Shown one piece after another: positions 8,079-16,887 of a DNA stretch of 64,000 nt. This DNA comes from Minisyncoccia bacterium (GTDB lineage Bacteria; Patescibacteriota; Minisyncoccia; Phycocordibacterales; UBA9973). How positions within the stretch are numbered: the stretch's first letter is position 1; every line of letters starts with the position of its first letter. Made by a program: the position numbers and the translations under genes. The stretch covers positions 450 through 64,449 of the forward strand of contig JBGAUR010000001.1 in the NCBI GenBank assembly GCA_044228545.1. Direction: 5' to 3'. The notes under the pieces are model-generated. The model worked only from the letters and a program-made list of their open reading frames with translations. It did not search any database and was not told the origin of the DNA.

Positions 8079-9767
8079 TTATTCAAACTCTTTTTTGTAT
8101 TCTTCAACATCCCATACCTTCTCCAAAGATTCTTGCGAATAAGAACTTATTATATTATTACCTGACTTATCACTTTTACGATTGAAGAGTCTAAAGGAGC
8201 TTGCCATAGTATGGCGTTTTTTGTGTCTCTCATAGAAGGACTCTCTAGGTAATGGAATTTTATATTTGCGGTAAAAAGAAAGCTCTTGCTCTGTAATTTT
8301 ATATCTTTTATTTGATAATTTAGATAGAATAACCTCGTTCACAATATCATCACCAACATCAAGAATAGAGTCAGGGAGCTCCTCTGCTTTGATTGTATGA
8401 TCAAATATTTGATCCTCTGTTTTATCTTCATATCTAAAACCATGCAAATTTATTTCATCCTTTGTAAGCGGATATAACTCTTGAGCTTCTGTGTCTAGAT
8501 AAGGGAAATAAGATAATTCGGTAGGTAAATAATCTCCGAAAACATATTTATTCCCTTTTTTATCAATATATGGCATGTCAGACATGTGCTTTTTTATTTC
8601 TTCAACTAACTTTAAATATTCTTCTTTTGTATATTGCTTATTCAAAATACAATATTCTGCATCTTTTAAACCATTACAACCAAAACAATTTTTACTTCTA
8701 TAAATTTGACTCACATATGTCACATCCTGACAGTTCCACGCTGAATAACTACCAATAATATTAGAAGAGAAGGCTGGGAGATCTGATTCATAAGCAAGCT
8801 CTGATCCTCCACCAGCATCAGTATCATAGGAATCTCTTGCTCCATCAGCATAGTTATCGAATCTACAATTTTCACTCGAAAGCATTAAAAAAGAATCTTT
8901 ACAGTTATGACAATTAGTCAAAAGGTCACCAGAACAGTCAACGCAATTAACCATCCTGACAGCTTTTCTGGGATGAGTATTTAAAATGGGTTCAAATTCT
9001 TTCTTAGCTCTTTCAACCCCAGAGTAAGTATGCAAAGCATATTCTTTCATCAGCTCTTCATATTTTTCTTTACCAACATCTTCATTTTTAAAAAAATATG
9101 ATTTTCCTCGAAGCCCTGTGCACATAAAACAGTGGTTACAATTTCGGCAATCATAACAGAAGGCAGAATCTGAACATGATCGTGAATCATACACATATCT
9201 ACATTGATAACAATGTTCAGTGTTTACAGTTTCGTAATTGCCTTCATCTTTCCCAAAGCTCGTATGCACATCTACTAAGTCCTTACTATTTACAACATAG
9301 AAAGAATACATAACATTCTCAAGCTTCCAAGCCTTTATCACTAAATAGCAATCTTTTCCCATTGCAAAGTCATTTGTATACATACAATTAGTACTCAGTA
9401 ATCCATCATCTGTATCCATTGCTGGTTTCGGAACAGTTTTTATTAAATCAACATATTGCTCAAAAAATGAACGGGAAAAATCATAGTCCCTTCCATAATC
9501 AAAAGCGTTCCATTGATCGGAATGCCATAATTTAGGAGTATATACGGTAATATCAGACTTAGGAGAATATAAAGAGATAACGGAATTCCCTGACAAACCA
9601 CATGTCGATTTATAATAATTAACATAGTTTCTCCAACTAAACCTTCTTTGTCTTCTACATTCTGGGCAAAACGTCGGCGGAGGAACTTTTATTTTTTCAT
9701 AAAAGGAGAAATCATCAACCTCTATATTAAAGGAGTTTTTACAATTCTGACAATTCCTAGTTTCCAT
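8079..9767 (-). CDS. Cysteine-rich protein of 562 aa, unknown family (paralog A)
   Basis: ATG at 9765-9767. An N-terminal zinc ribbon C-x2-C...FY...P-P-x2-CP-x-CRRQRRFSWRN is followed by a WHSDQWN..DYGRDYDFSRSFFEQ block, CxxCxxCxxC clusters and a CILNKQYTKEEY motif. It is paralogous to 42309-43955 and 60546-62231. Confidence 0.6.
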   Translation of the reverse strand: METRNCQNCKNSFNIEVDDFSFYEKIKVPPPTFCPECRRQRRFSWRNYVNYYKSTCGLSGNSVISLYSPKSDITVYTPKLWHSDQWNAFDYGRDYDFSRSFFEQYVDLIKTVPKPAMDTDDGLLSTNCMYTNDFAMGKDCYLVIKAWKLENVMYSFYVVNSKDLVDVHTSFGKDEGNYETVNTEHCYQCRYVYDSRSCSDSAFCYDCRNCNHCFMCTGLRGKSYFFKNEDVGKEKYEELMKEYALHTYSGVERAKKEFEPILNTHPRKAVRMVNCVDCSGDLLTNCHNCKDSFLMLSSENCRFDNYADGARDSYDTDAGGGSELAYESDLPAFSSNIIGSYSAWNCQDVTYVSQIYRSKNCFGCNGLKDAEYCILNKQYTKEEYLKLVEEIKKHMSDMPYIDKKGNKYVFGDYLPTELSYFPYLDTEAQELYPLTKDEINLHGFRYEDKTEDQIFDHTIKAEELPDSILDVGDDIVNEVILSKLSNKRYKITEQELSFYRKYKIPLPRESFYERHKKRHTMASSFRLFNRKSDKSGNNIISSYSQESLEKVWDVEEYKKEFE

Positions 9768-9771
9768 AAAT

Positions 9772-10368
9772 TTAATCTATTTTGACTTTTATAATTCCAG
9801 TCAAGTTCTCACTTGATAAATAACCACACCATTTTTCTAAATCTGGAATATCTATTTTTATTGGTATTTCTGGCTTAGTAAATATTACTATATTTTTATA
9901 GCTTTTCTTTATTACTTCTTCTTTTGCTACACAATTATCTATGTGGCCAGAAAATATTATCTTATTTAAGCCCAAACAGGAATCAAAAACTTGTTTACTG
10001 AATGCTTCAATATTTTTTACAAGAACGACTCTATCTTTTATATCTTCCAAATTTTTTACAGCATTAATAAAAAGATCTTCATTGCCACTATCTAAAATTA
10101 TTACCTGGCTATCTCGATGATTCTCTAAATCTTCAGTTGAATTAACAAAGGCTAAGGTTGTATGTTTATTACCTATCTGTTCTAAAAAGTTATCTTTAGC
10201 CATAGGAAAGGCTGTAAAAAATAATATTTTTGAACCAGATAAAAATAAATCTTTGATGAGGGTAATAGTAAAATGAGAACCTCCAGATTTTTCTCCATAT
10301 ATAACTAAATAAGGTAAATCTTTTTCTTGTATTTTATATTCATTACCATTAAGTAGTACCTGGTTCAT
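9772..10368 (-). CDS. Hypothetical protein of 198 aa
   Basis: It is a long ORF tightly packed between pyrH-like and the Cys-rich gene. I recognise no family. Confidence 0.4.
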   Translation of the reverse strand: MNQVLLNGNEYKIQEKDLPYLVIYGEKSGGSHFTITLIKDLFLSGSKILFFTAFPMAKDNFLEQIGNKHTTLAFVNSTEDLENHRDSQVIILDSGNEDLFINAVKNLEDIKDRVVLVKNIEAFSKQVFDSCLGLNKIIFSGHIDNCVAKEEVIKKSYKNIVIFTKPEIPIKIDIPDLEKWCGYLSSENLTGIIKVKID

Positions 10369-10372
10369 ATAT

Positions 10373-11059
10373 TTATTTTATAACAGTTCCAATAAAGTCT
10401 TCACTATTGAGATATTTTTTAAGATTCTCTATATTTTTTCCGTTTAAGATTGAGACTTCAAGACCAAGCTCTTCGGCTTTTGCTGCAGCTACTGGATCAA
10501 AAGGAGCATTGAGTCCTGGATTCCACTCTGTTGGCAATATTGCTCGGAAATCTGCCCAAGAGCTTTGTTTTATAATCTCGGCATCTGGGAACTTTTTCGG
10601 GTCCTTATTATAAGCATAATCAATATTTGAAAGGTTTATTACCTTTTTTGCTCCTACGCTACCTGCTGCATGGACTGCTGCAAGGTCGCTACTATTACCT
10701 GGCTTCCAGCCTGCTCCTATAAGCACTGGTTTATCTGTACTGGGAATACTATCTGGATCCATGATTATAGAGCTATGAGCAATATTACCAAATCCAGTTC
10801 TTATAAGCTCTGCGTTCATACGTGTAGCTGCGATACCAATCCAATCGAGATCATCATGACTAGGAGTCACTATCTCCTTTGATGCAGCTATATAAGTACG
10901 GGCAGTGTGTCCCCCACCTGTAATAATTACAAATTTAAAACCTTTTTCTACGTATTGATTTATAGTTTCTATAAATTGTTTTATAAAAATAGTATCAATA
11001 TCATTTGGCACGATAAGCGAACCACCGAGAGATATTACGATGTGCTTATCAGTTTCCAT
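10373..11059 (-). CDS. pyrH: Amino-acid-kinase-fold protein, probably archaeal-type UMP kinase
   Basis: VISLGGSLIVPNDIDTIFIKQF, FVIITGGGHTARTYI, YNKDPKKFPDAE, and the C-terminal GTVIK parallel archaeal PyrH (IGGSV..P..IDFIK, VVGGG..AR.YI, DPKKDP, GTTIEP). Confidence 0.6.
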   Translation of the reverse strand: METDKHIVISLGGSLIVPNDIDTIFIKQFIETINQYVEKGFKFVIITGGGHTARTYIAASKEIVTPSHDDLDWIGIAATRMNAELIRTGFGNIAHSSIIMDPDSIPSTDKPVLIGAGWKPGNSSDLAAVHAAGSVGAKKVINLSNIDYAYNKDPKKFPDAEIIKQSSWADFRAILPTEWNPGLNAPFDPVAAAKAEELGLEVSILNGKNIENLKKYLNSEDFIGTVIK

Positions 11060-11060
11060 A

Positions 11061-11654
11061 TTAGAGTCCTAGAGTTTTAATTAATTCTTTATGGACGTCT
11101 TCGACTGATTGCTCACCATTGATAGTATAAATAGTATAACCACCTTTATCTTTAAAATAATACATGGCAGGGACAACATTGTTTACATATTCATCAAAAC
11201 GCTTTGCGATGCCCTCGTCTGTGTCGTCACTGCGAGCGCGAAGTTTCATTCGTTTAATTGCTTCTTCTTTTTCAACTTTAATATATACAACCTTAATATC
11301 ACTTCTACTATAAAAATCCATAGCCGCTTCAAAAACTTCAGACTGAGTAACTGTGCGAGGGAAACCATCTACCATCAAATGAGTATCTTCTCCAAGCGAT
11401 GAGACTAAAATGTTGGTAAATAAACTAATGGTTAAAAAATTTGGTTGGAGCCAACCTTGTTCAAGAGTAGTCTGTACCAATTTCCCAGTATAACTACCCC
11501 CTGCAATAAGTTTTCTAAACTCTGAACCCGGGTAAGCAAGAGTGATTTGGGCATTTGGATCTTTTTCTTTTAAATATTTCTGTAGAAGCTCAATCTGAGT
11601 ACCTTTACCAGAGCCTGCTATACCAAAGAAAAGAAATGTATGTGGTTTATTCAT
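11061..11654 (-). CDS. adk: Adenylate kinase
   Basis: P-loop FLFFGIAGSGKGTQ, NMP-binding and LID regions. It follows secY as in the canonical spc cluster. Confidence 0.9.
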   Translation of the reverse strand: MNKPHTFLFFGIAGSGKGTQIELLQKYLKEKDPNAQITLAYPGSEFRKLIAGGSYTGKLVQTTLEQGWLQPNFLTISLFTNILVSSLGEDTHLMVDGFPRTVTQSEVFEAAMDFYSRSDIKVVYIKVEKEEAIKRMKLRARSDDTDEGIAKRFDEYVNNVVPAMYYFKDKGGYTIYTINGEQSVEDVHKELIKTLGL

Positions 11655-11714
11655 ATGTTTATATTATATACTAATTACTTCCATATTAAAAAAGACCTCA
11701 TTGTAAGGTCTTTT

Positions 11715-12986
11715 TTAATATTCTCTCATTGAAAGCTGAGCTTCGACTTTCTTAATCAAATCAAGAACGACTGACACGACGATTAGAAGCGCTGTACCTC
11801 CGATAGCAAAAGCAGAAATTCCCGTGACAGATTTAACGATAAGAGGTAAGACCGCTATGAGACCGAGGAATATTGCACCCATTAGAGTAATACGATTTAG
11901 AATTTTAGCTATATAGTCTCGAGTTGCAGTACCTGGTCTAATCCCTGGAACGAATGCACCATTTTTCTGTAGATTTGTAGAGAGTTGATCTGGATCGAAA
12001 GTCACTGCTGTATAGAAGTAAGTAAATAAAAATACAAATATAAAGTAAGCTAGTGAATAAAGCCAAGTATTATTCACAAACCAAAGTAATCCTTTTGAAA
12101 TACTTAGAAGAGTAGCGTTAGCACTTGTTGCTAAGAAATTTCCAATTAGTTGAGGGAAAAGAAGTATTGATAGAGCAAAGATTATCGGGATAACACCAGC
12201 TTGATTCACGCGTAGAGGTAAATATGTCTGAGTACCTCCAGAAACCTTGTCTCCATGCATCTGTCGTGCATAAGTCACCGGGATTGGTCGCTCTGCTTCA
12301 GTAACAACTACAACACCAGCGACAATAGCAACTCCAACAGCTAAGAATAGGATATATGTTGGAAGATTCGCCATATCAAAGGTAAACAGGAATTGTGAAA
12401 TCTCTGTCGGAATATTTGCAACGATACCGGCAAAGATTATGAGAGATACTCCATTACCAATACCAAATTCAGAAATAAGTTCACCGATCCACATTATGAG
12501 CATTGATCCAGCCACAATTACTGATACGTTGGCAATCATTCCGAACAAATCTACATCTCCAAGAATTCCTTGGCGCTTTAAAAGTATTAAAAGACTTAGC
12601 CCTTGAATTATCGCAAGAGGGATAGTAAGAGTGCGACTGATTTGAGTAAACTTCTTGCGTCCTATTTCTCCATCTTCTTGGTACATTGCTTTCAATCTTG
12701 GGGACATTATAGTAAGAAGTTGCATTATTATAGATGAAGTAATATATGGTCCAACACCAAGCATCAATATAGATAAGTGCGAAAGTCCACCTCCAGTAAA
12801 TATACTAAGAGTACCTAGGAATTGGTTGTTGTTTAGAAAAGCATCGAGTCTCATCTTGTCGATACCTGGGATTGGAATACCTGAAAGTAGACGAAACACA
12901 ATAAGAGCAACTAACACAAATAAGACACGAGATCTAAGTGTCTTATCTGTAAATATAGTTTTTATTTTATTCCAAACGGTTTCCAT
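11715..12986 (-). CDS. secY: Preprotein translocase subunit SecY
   Basis: It has 10 TM segments, conserved SecY motifs and the expected position after rplO. Confidence 0.95.
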   Translation of the reverse strand: METVWNKIKTIFTDKTLRSRVLFVLVALIVFRLLSGIPIPGIDKMRLDAFLNNNQFLGTLSIFTGGGLSHLSILMLGVGPYITSSIIMQLLTIMSPRLKAMYQEDGEIGRKKFTQISRTLTIPLAIIQGLSLLILLKRQGILGDVDLFGMIANVSVIVAGSMLIMWIGELISEFGIGNGVSLIIFAGIVANIPTEISQFLFTFDMANLPTYILFLAVGVAIVAGVVVVTEAERPIPVTYARQMHGDKVSGGTQTYLPLRVNQAGVIPIIFALSILLFPQLIGNFLATSANATLLSISKGLLWFVNNTWLYSLAYFIFVFLFTYFYTAVTFDPDQLSTNLQKNGAFVPGIRPGTATRDYIAKILNRITLMGAIFLGLIAVLPLIVKSVTGISAFAIGGTALLIVVSVVLDLIKKVEAQLSMREY

Positions 12987-12988
12987 AA

Positions 12989-13417
12989 TTATTTTATACT
13001 TCCACCAGCTTTTTCAATTTTCTCCTTTGCAGATGCTGAAACTTTACAACCTACAACAGAAACATTGACTGTGATTTCACCACTACCTAGAATTTTAACT
13101 TTTGGTAGAACTCCACCTAGTTTACGAACAAGCTTCTTTGCAAAAAGAGTCTCAGGATTAACAATTGCTCCTTTTTCAAAAACATTTAATGCACCAACGT
13201 TTACAGGTGAGAACTTTGAGACAGTTGAATTGAATCGGTAGCCACGAAGCTTAGGGAGCTTCTTAATAATATCACGCATTTGTGGGCGACGCTTGTTACC
13301 AGCACGAGCTGTCTGACCTTTGCCTCCACGACCTGAAGTCTTACCTCGAGTACCTCCACGTCCTACAAGGCGAGATTTACGATTTGGATTCTTTCTTTTT
13401 AGTGTATGTAATTGCAT
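12989..13417 (-). CDS. rplO: 50S ribosomal protein L15
   Basis: Gly/Arg-rich N-terminus GRGGTRGKTSGRGGKGQ. It lies directly after rpsE with no L30 gene between them. Confidence 0.85.
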   Translation of the reverse strand: MQLHTLKRKNPNRKSRLVGRGGTRGKTSGRGGKGQTARAGNKRRPQMRDIIKKLPKLRGYRFNSTVSKFSPVNVGALNVFEKGAIVNPETLFAKKLVRKLGGVLPKVKILGSGEITVNVSVVGCKVSASAKEKIEKAGGSIK

Positions 13418-13424
13418 ATAATTT

Positions 13425-14060
13425 TTATTTAGCGTCTACTACTTCAACCTCTGTTACTCCTGCACTAGCGAGTAGGTCTTTTTCAGAAACTGCGGCTTCA
13501 GCTATAACTTGAGCAATCTTTGGAAGAGCCGCTTTTGCACGTAGTTGATAAAGTGCAGCATAGGCAACACGAGCGTTGTTTAATTTATTCTTACTACCAG
13601 AGCGAAGTTTTGCAGTAACATTTTTGATACCTGCAAGTGTAAGCATGTCGCGAACAGTACTACCAGCAACTAAACCTTTTCCATGGTTTGGCATAATTGA
13701 AAGCTTTGAACTTGAAAATTTATCGTGAACCTCATGCATTATAGACATATCTTTTGTAGTTTTTATCTTGAACATGTTCTTCTTTGCTTGACGAAGAGCT
13801 TTAGCGATAGCTACTGCTGTGTCTCCTCCTTTTCCTGTACCAAGACCAACAGAACCTTTCTTGTCCCCTATAGCAATTGCAACAGCAAATGTCATACGAC
13901 GTCCTCCTGCAACAACGCGAGTAACGCGACGAATAGAAACCATCTTCTGATCAAATTCTGGTTTTGGACGCTCGAAGAAAGTGCGTGGCTTTCTATCACC
14001 ACCTTCTTTTCGTGGTCCTGACCCTCTAGTATTATTTGTTTTAGGTTTTGTTGTATCCAT
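13425..14060 (-). CDS. rpsE: 30S ribosomal protein S5 with a basic N-terminal extension
   Basis: RVTRVVAGGRRMTFAVAIAIGDKKGSVGLGTGKGGD matches the S5 core. Confidence 0.9.
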   Translation of the reverse strand: MDTTKPKTNNTRGSGPRKEGGDRKPRTFFERPKPEFDQKMVSIRRVTRVVAGGRRMTFAVAIAIGDKKGSVGLGTGKGGDTAVAIAKALRQAKKNMFKIKTTKDMSIMHEVHDKFSSSKLSIMPNHGKGLVAGSTVRDMLTLAGIKNVTAKLRSGSKNKLNNARVAYAALYQLRAKAALPKIAQVIAEAAVSEKDLLASAGVTEVEVVDAK

Positions 14061-14069
14061 ATATTTATA

Positions 14070-14414
14070 TTAAAATTCTAAACCAGAACTTCTAGCAGAA
14101 TCTGCAAGTGCTTTCACGCGACCAGTGTATTTAAAACCATTGCGATCAAAAACAACTTTTTTGATCCCCTTTTCATTTGCAAGCTTTGCAACATTTGCAC
14201 CGACTAGAACTGAGCGCTCTGTCTTTGTGCCTTTCTTTGCGTCCATATCAGAAGCAGAAACTACAGTGACATGTTTTGAATCATCAATAATTTGAGCATA
14301 AATGAATTGGTTTGATCGGAATACTGAAAAACGTGGTCGCTCTGTTGTACCAAGAATCTTTGTACGAATCTTTTTCTTTAATCTTATTCTTTTTTCTGCT
14401 TTTTTGTTCATCAT
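14070..14414 (-). CDS. rplR: 50S ribosomal protein L18
   Basis: Position, and the motif [19 protein letters not shown]. Confidence 0.85.
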   Translation of the reverse strand: MMNKKAEKRIRLKKKIRTKILGTTERPRFSVFRSNQFIYAQIIDDSKHVTVVSASDMDAKKGTKTERSVLVGANVAKLANEKGIKKVVFDRNGFKYTGRVKALADSARSSGLEF

Positions 14415-14426
14415 AAAATAAAATTA

Positions 14427-14963
14427 TTATGCGGCTTTCTTACCTTGCTTACGACGGATAACTTCACCAACATATCTGAAACCTTTACCTTTGTAAGGTT
14501 CTGGTTTTTTCATTGATCGGACAGAAGCAGCAAATTGGCCAACTAGTTCTTTATCAATACCAGATATAGCAATGATATTTTTATCAGCAGTAACAGTAAG
14601 ACCTTGTGGGATTGGTACTTTAACAGGGTGAGAAAATCCTAGAGCAAGGTTTAGTGTAGTACCAGCAACATCTGATTTGAATCCAACTCCTTCTAGAACA
14701 AGACTCTTTGTATAACCATTGTTTACACCTTCTACCATGTTTTTAACATGTGAAGCGTATGTTCCCCATAGTGCATTGATTGTACGATCACCTGTTTTGT
14801 TTGGAGTAAAAGTTATCTCACTACCATTTATATTTATTGTGACAGGACCTGAGAAGTCACGTGATAGAGTTCCTTTTGGACCTTTCACAGAAAGAGTAGT
14901 ACCAGAGAGTTTTACTTCTGTACCATTTGGGATCATAACTGTTTGTTTTCCTATACGTGACAT
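14427..14963 (-). CDS. rplF: 50S ribosomal protein L6
   Basis: MSRIGKQ...V, a two-repeat L6 fold, and position. Confidence 0.9.
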   Translation of the reverse strand: MSRIGKQTVMIPNGTEVKLSGTTLSVKGPKGTLSRDFSGPVTININGSEITFTPNKTGDRTINALWGTYASHVKNMVEGVNNGYTKSLVLEGVGFKSDVAGTTLNLALGFSHPVKVPIPQGLTVTADKNIIAISGIDKELVGQFAASVRSMKKPEPYKGKGFRYVGEVIRRKQGKKAA

Positions 14964-14972
14964 ATAATTTAA

Positions 14973-15350
14973 TTACCAAACTTTAAATAAAACTTCCCCG
15001 CCGACCATCTCCTTGCGAGCTTGTTTATCTGTCAAAATTCCTTTTGGTGTAGTCATAACAGTAAGACCATAAGAACGCTTTATATCTTTAACTCCTTTAT
15101 AAACACGGCATGAAGATTTTGAAACTCTCTCTGCTCCTTTTACTTTTGGCATACCATCTACGTAAACGATTCCAATTTCAAGGGTTGGCATTCCTTTCTT
15201 CATCTTTTTAGTAACAGAAGAAACATAACCTTCTTTCATAAGGCATTCTGCGATTGATTCTTTGATTTTTGAATAAGGAACGGTTACAGACTCATGTTCT
15301 GCAACACCAGCATTCTTTATCATATTTATCATGTTTGCGATTTGATCCAT
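14973..15350 (-). CDS. rpsH: 30S ribosomal protein S8
   Basis: MDQIANMINMIKNAG...; position after rpsN. Confidence 0.9.
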   Translation of the reverse strand: MDQIANMINMIKNAGVAEHESVTVPYSKIKESIAECLMKEGYVSSVTKKMKKGMPTLEIGIVYVDGMPKVKGAERVSKSSCRVYKGVKDIKRSYGLTVMTTPKGILTDKQARKEMVGGEVLFKVW

Positions 15351-15362
15351 ATATATTGTTTA

Positions 15363-15548
15363 TTACCAACTAGATTTACGAACACCTGGAAGCATACCTT
15401 CGTTTGCAAGTTCACGGAAACATATACGGCATAGGCCGAAATCTCTCATATAAGCATGGCCTCTTCCACAGCGAAAACAACGATTTGTCTCTCGTGTTGA
15501 AAACTTAGATTTCTTATGATGTCTTGCTAAAACTGATGTTTTTGCCAT
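15363..15548 (-). CDS. rpsZ: 30S ribosomal protein S14, zinc-binding type Z (61 aa)
   Basis: [25 protein letters not shown] shows the C4 zinc motif of short S14. Confidence 0.9.
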   Translation of the reverse strand: MAKTSVLARHHKKSKFSTRETNRCFRCGRGHAYMRDFGLCRICFRELANEGMLPGVRKSSW

Positions 15549-15655
15549 ATATAAAAATGATCGTTCTTAATCGAGTGATGTCTTGTGTCTTTTCTTAAAG
15601 CCTTTATTTATGCCTTAAGGAGAAACACAGATCCTCTCAATACCGAACTTCCCCT

Positions 15656-15684
15656 ATACTATCAGATACCCCCTTTTGTGTCAA
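15656..15684 (-). promoter_or_regulatory. Promoter TTGACA (15684-15679), 17-nt spacer, TAGTAT (15661-15656), about 100 nt upstream of rpsZ
   Basis: Read directly. It has the same -10 hexamer and the same flanking GAG/GGG as the tuf and rpsS promoters. Confidence 0.4.
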
Positions 15685-15689
15685 ATAAC

Positions 15690-16290
15690 AAAGATCGGGC
15701 TTGCATTAGAATTAAGCCATGTAGTATAATGTAACGGTATTTGACAAACAGGGGTGGTTCCCTAATAAACGAGATTCCGAAACAGTAACCTGTTTCAAGT
15801 GTGGCGTGGGTCTTAAAAAACCATACGCCAAGTGCGTATTCCCGTAAAAAGGAATCTCACCTACGTCACACTTGGTACAGGTTTTTTATTTATCTCGTAT
15901 TTCCTAATAGCAACTAACGAAAGTTAGTTGGTTGTTATAAAGGGGATGCGAGATTAACATAATCCAGAACGACATCCTGAAATTCTGGTAGGTGGTGACC
16001 GAAATACACTAAAAAATGTCAGCAAAATTTGCTAGATGTTTTCCAGGAGATGAAGGCAATATTATTTGTCAGCATTGGAATGGAAGCTGGATTGTCTTCC
16101 CAGGTGGTAGTGAAGACCAGACGGAGAAAAGAAAACGCCTCCGTGTCACAAGGACAAAGAAGCGTTTTCAACAAGTATAAGGCTATAAACCTTTACAAGG
16201 CACTCTCAAGAAATTGGGGGTGCTTTGTATTTATATTATATCTCAACAAAGGGATCTAACGTAAGTACCCTTTGTAAACTTTATGGGGAT
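15690..16290 (-). other. ORF-free, GC-elevated segment inside the spc cluster; candidate structured non-coding RNA or decayed insertion
   Basis: There is no minus-strand ORF of 60 aa or more, and GC is visibly higher than the flanks. It contains the hairpin GGCGTGGG...CCATACGCC and a TTGACA-17-TAAGAT promoter at its upstream edge (16319-16291). The only track ORF (16029-16259) is on the opposite strand. Confidence 0.25.
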
Positions 16291-16336
16291 ATCTTATATT
16301 AAGACTCTCAGTATGTCAAATAACTCTTATCCAAGC

Positions 16337-16726
16337 TTATATTTTAAACAATAAATAGTTAAATAATAATATATACCCATATATTAAAAAGATTATTTTT
16401 AGTATAAAAAATACCCACCCAGGTAAACTTAACCATTCACTAGATTTAATATCAGCTTCTGTGTTGCCCCCATTCTTGTATTCGTGAAAGGTAAAAAAGA
16501 AAAACCAGATCAAAGATGATACTAAATATTGAATAAAATCAAAAAATAAGCTTGAAATAAATAAAGATAAGGGCATTATGAGTTCTTCAGGAATTAACGG
16601 TTTGTCAAATTTAGTAATCTTAAAAATCCAAATTATTGCTATTCCAGCTAAAGATAATTGCCTAGCAATATTACTAGTCTTTTCTGTAAATTCATATGAA
16701 TCATTTTTATACTCTTTTAGTTGCAT
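16337..16726 (-). CDS. Small polytopic membrane protein (129 aa) inserted between rplE and rpsZ
   Basis: It has 3-4 hydrophobic helices (LSLAGIAIIWIF, FISSLFFDFIQYLVSSLIWFFFF, VFFILKIIFLIYGYILLF). I recognise no family. Confidence 0.4.
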   Translation of the reverse strand: MQLKEYKNDSYEFTEKTSNIARQLSLAGIAIIWIFKITKFDKPLIPEELIMPLSLFISSLFFDFIQYLVSSLIWFFFFTFHEYKNGGNTEADIKSSEWLSLPGWVFFILKIIFLIYGYILLFNYLLFKI

Positions 16727-16855
16727 GTTTTTCTGGGGCCAGTGTGATCTGTACCTTTTCTACCTGAATACTTTCTTAAAACAAACTTACCATTTATAGA
16801 ACCACGCCTAATAGCTTTTTTTGATTTCTTCTTTGCCATACATAAATATTAACAT

Positions 16856-16877
16856 AAAATCCCCTTTCGGGGATTTT
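16856..16877 (-). terminator. Hairpin AAAATCCCC-TTTC-GGGGATTTT, 11 nt after the rplE stop, identical to the ndk-downstream copy
   Basis: Read directly. The identical 28-mer is ACATAAAATCCCCTTTCGGGGATTTTAT. Confidence 0.5.
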
Positions 16878-16887
16878 ATGAGGAGGT

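Noticed and set aside
15725-15747. TATAAT and TTGACA hexamers on the plus strand
   Set aside because: They are in the wrong order (-10 before -35) for a plus-strand promoter. The functional promoter here is on the minus strand (15684-15656).
16029-16259. Plus-strand 76-aa ORF inside the rplE-rpsZ gap
   Set aside because: It is on the opposite strand to the whole operon, has no upstream promoter or SD, and has low-complexity composition. I kept the region as a candidate ncRNA or insertion instead.
16717-16839. Minus-strand 40-aa Lys-rich ORF (MAKKKSKKAIRRGSINGKF...) resembling the start of a small ribosomal protein
   Set aside because: It has no confident match to L32/L33/L34/L36/S21 by eye and overlaps the start of the membrane-protein ORF, so it is not called.
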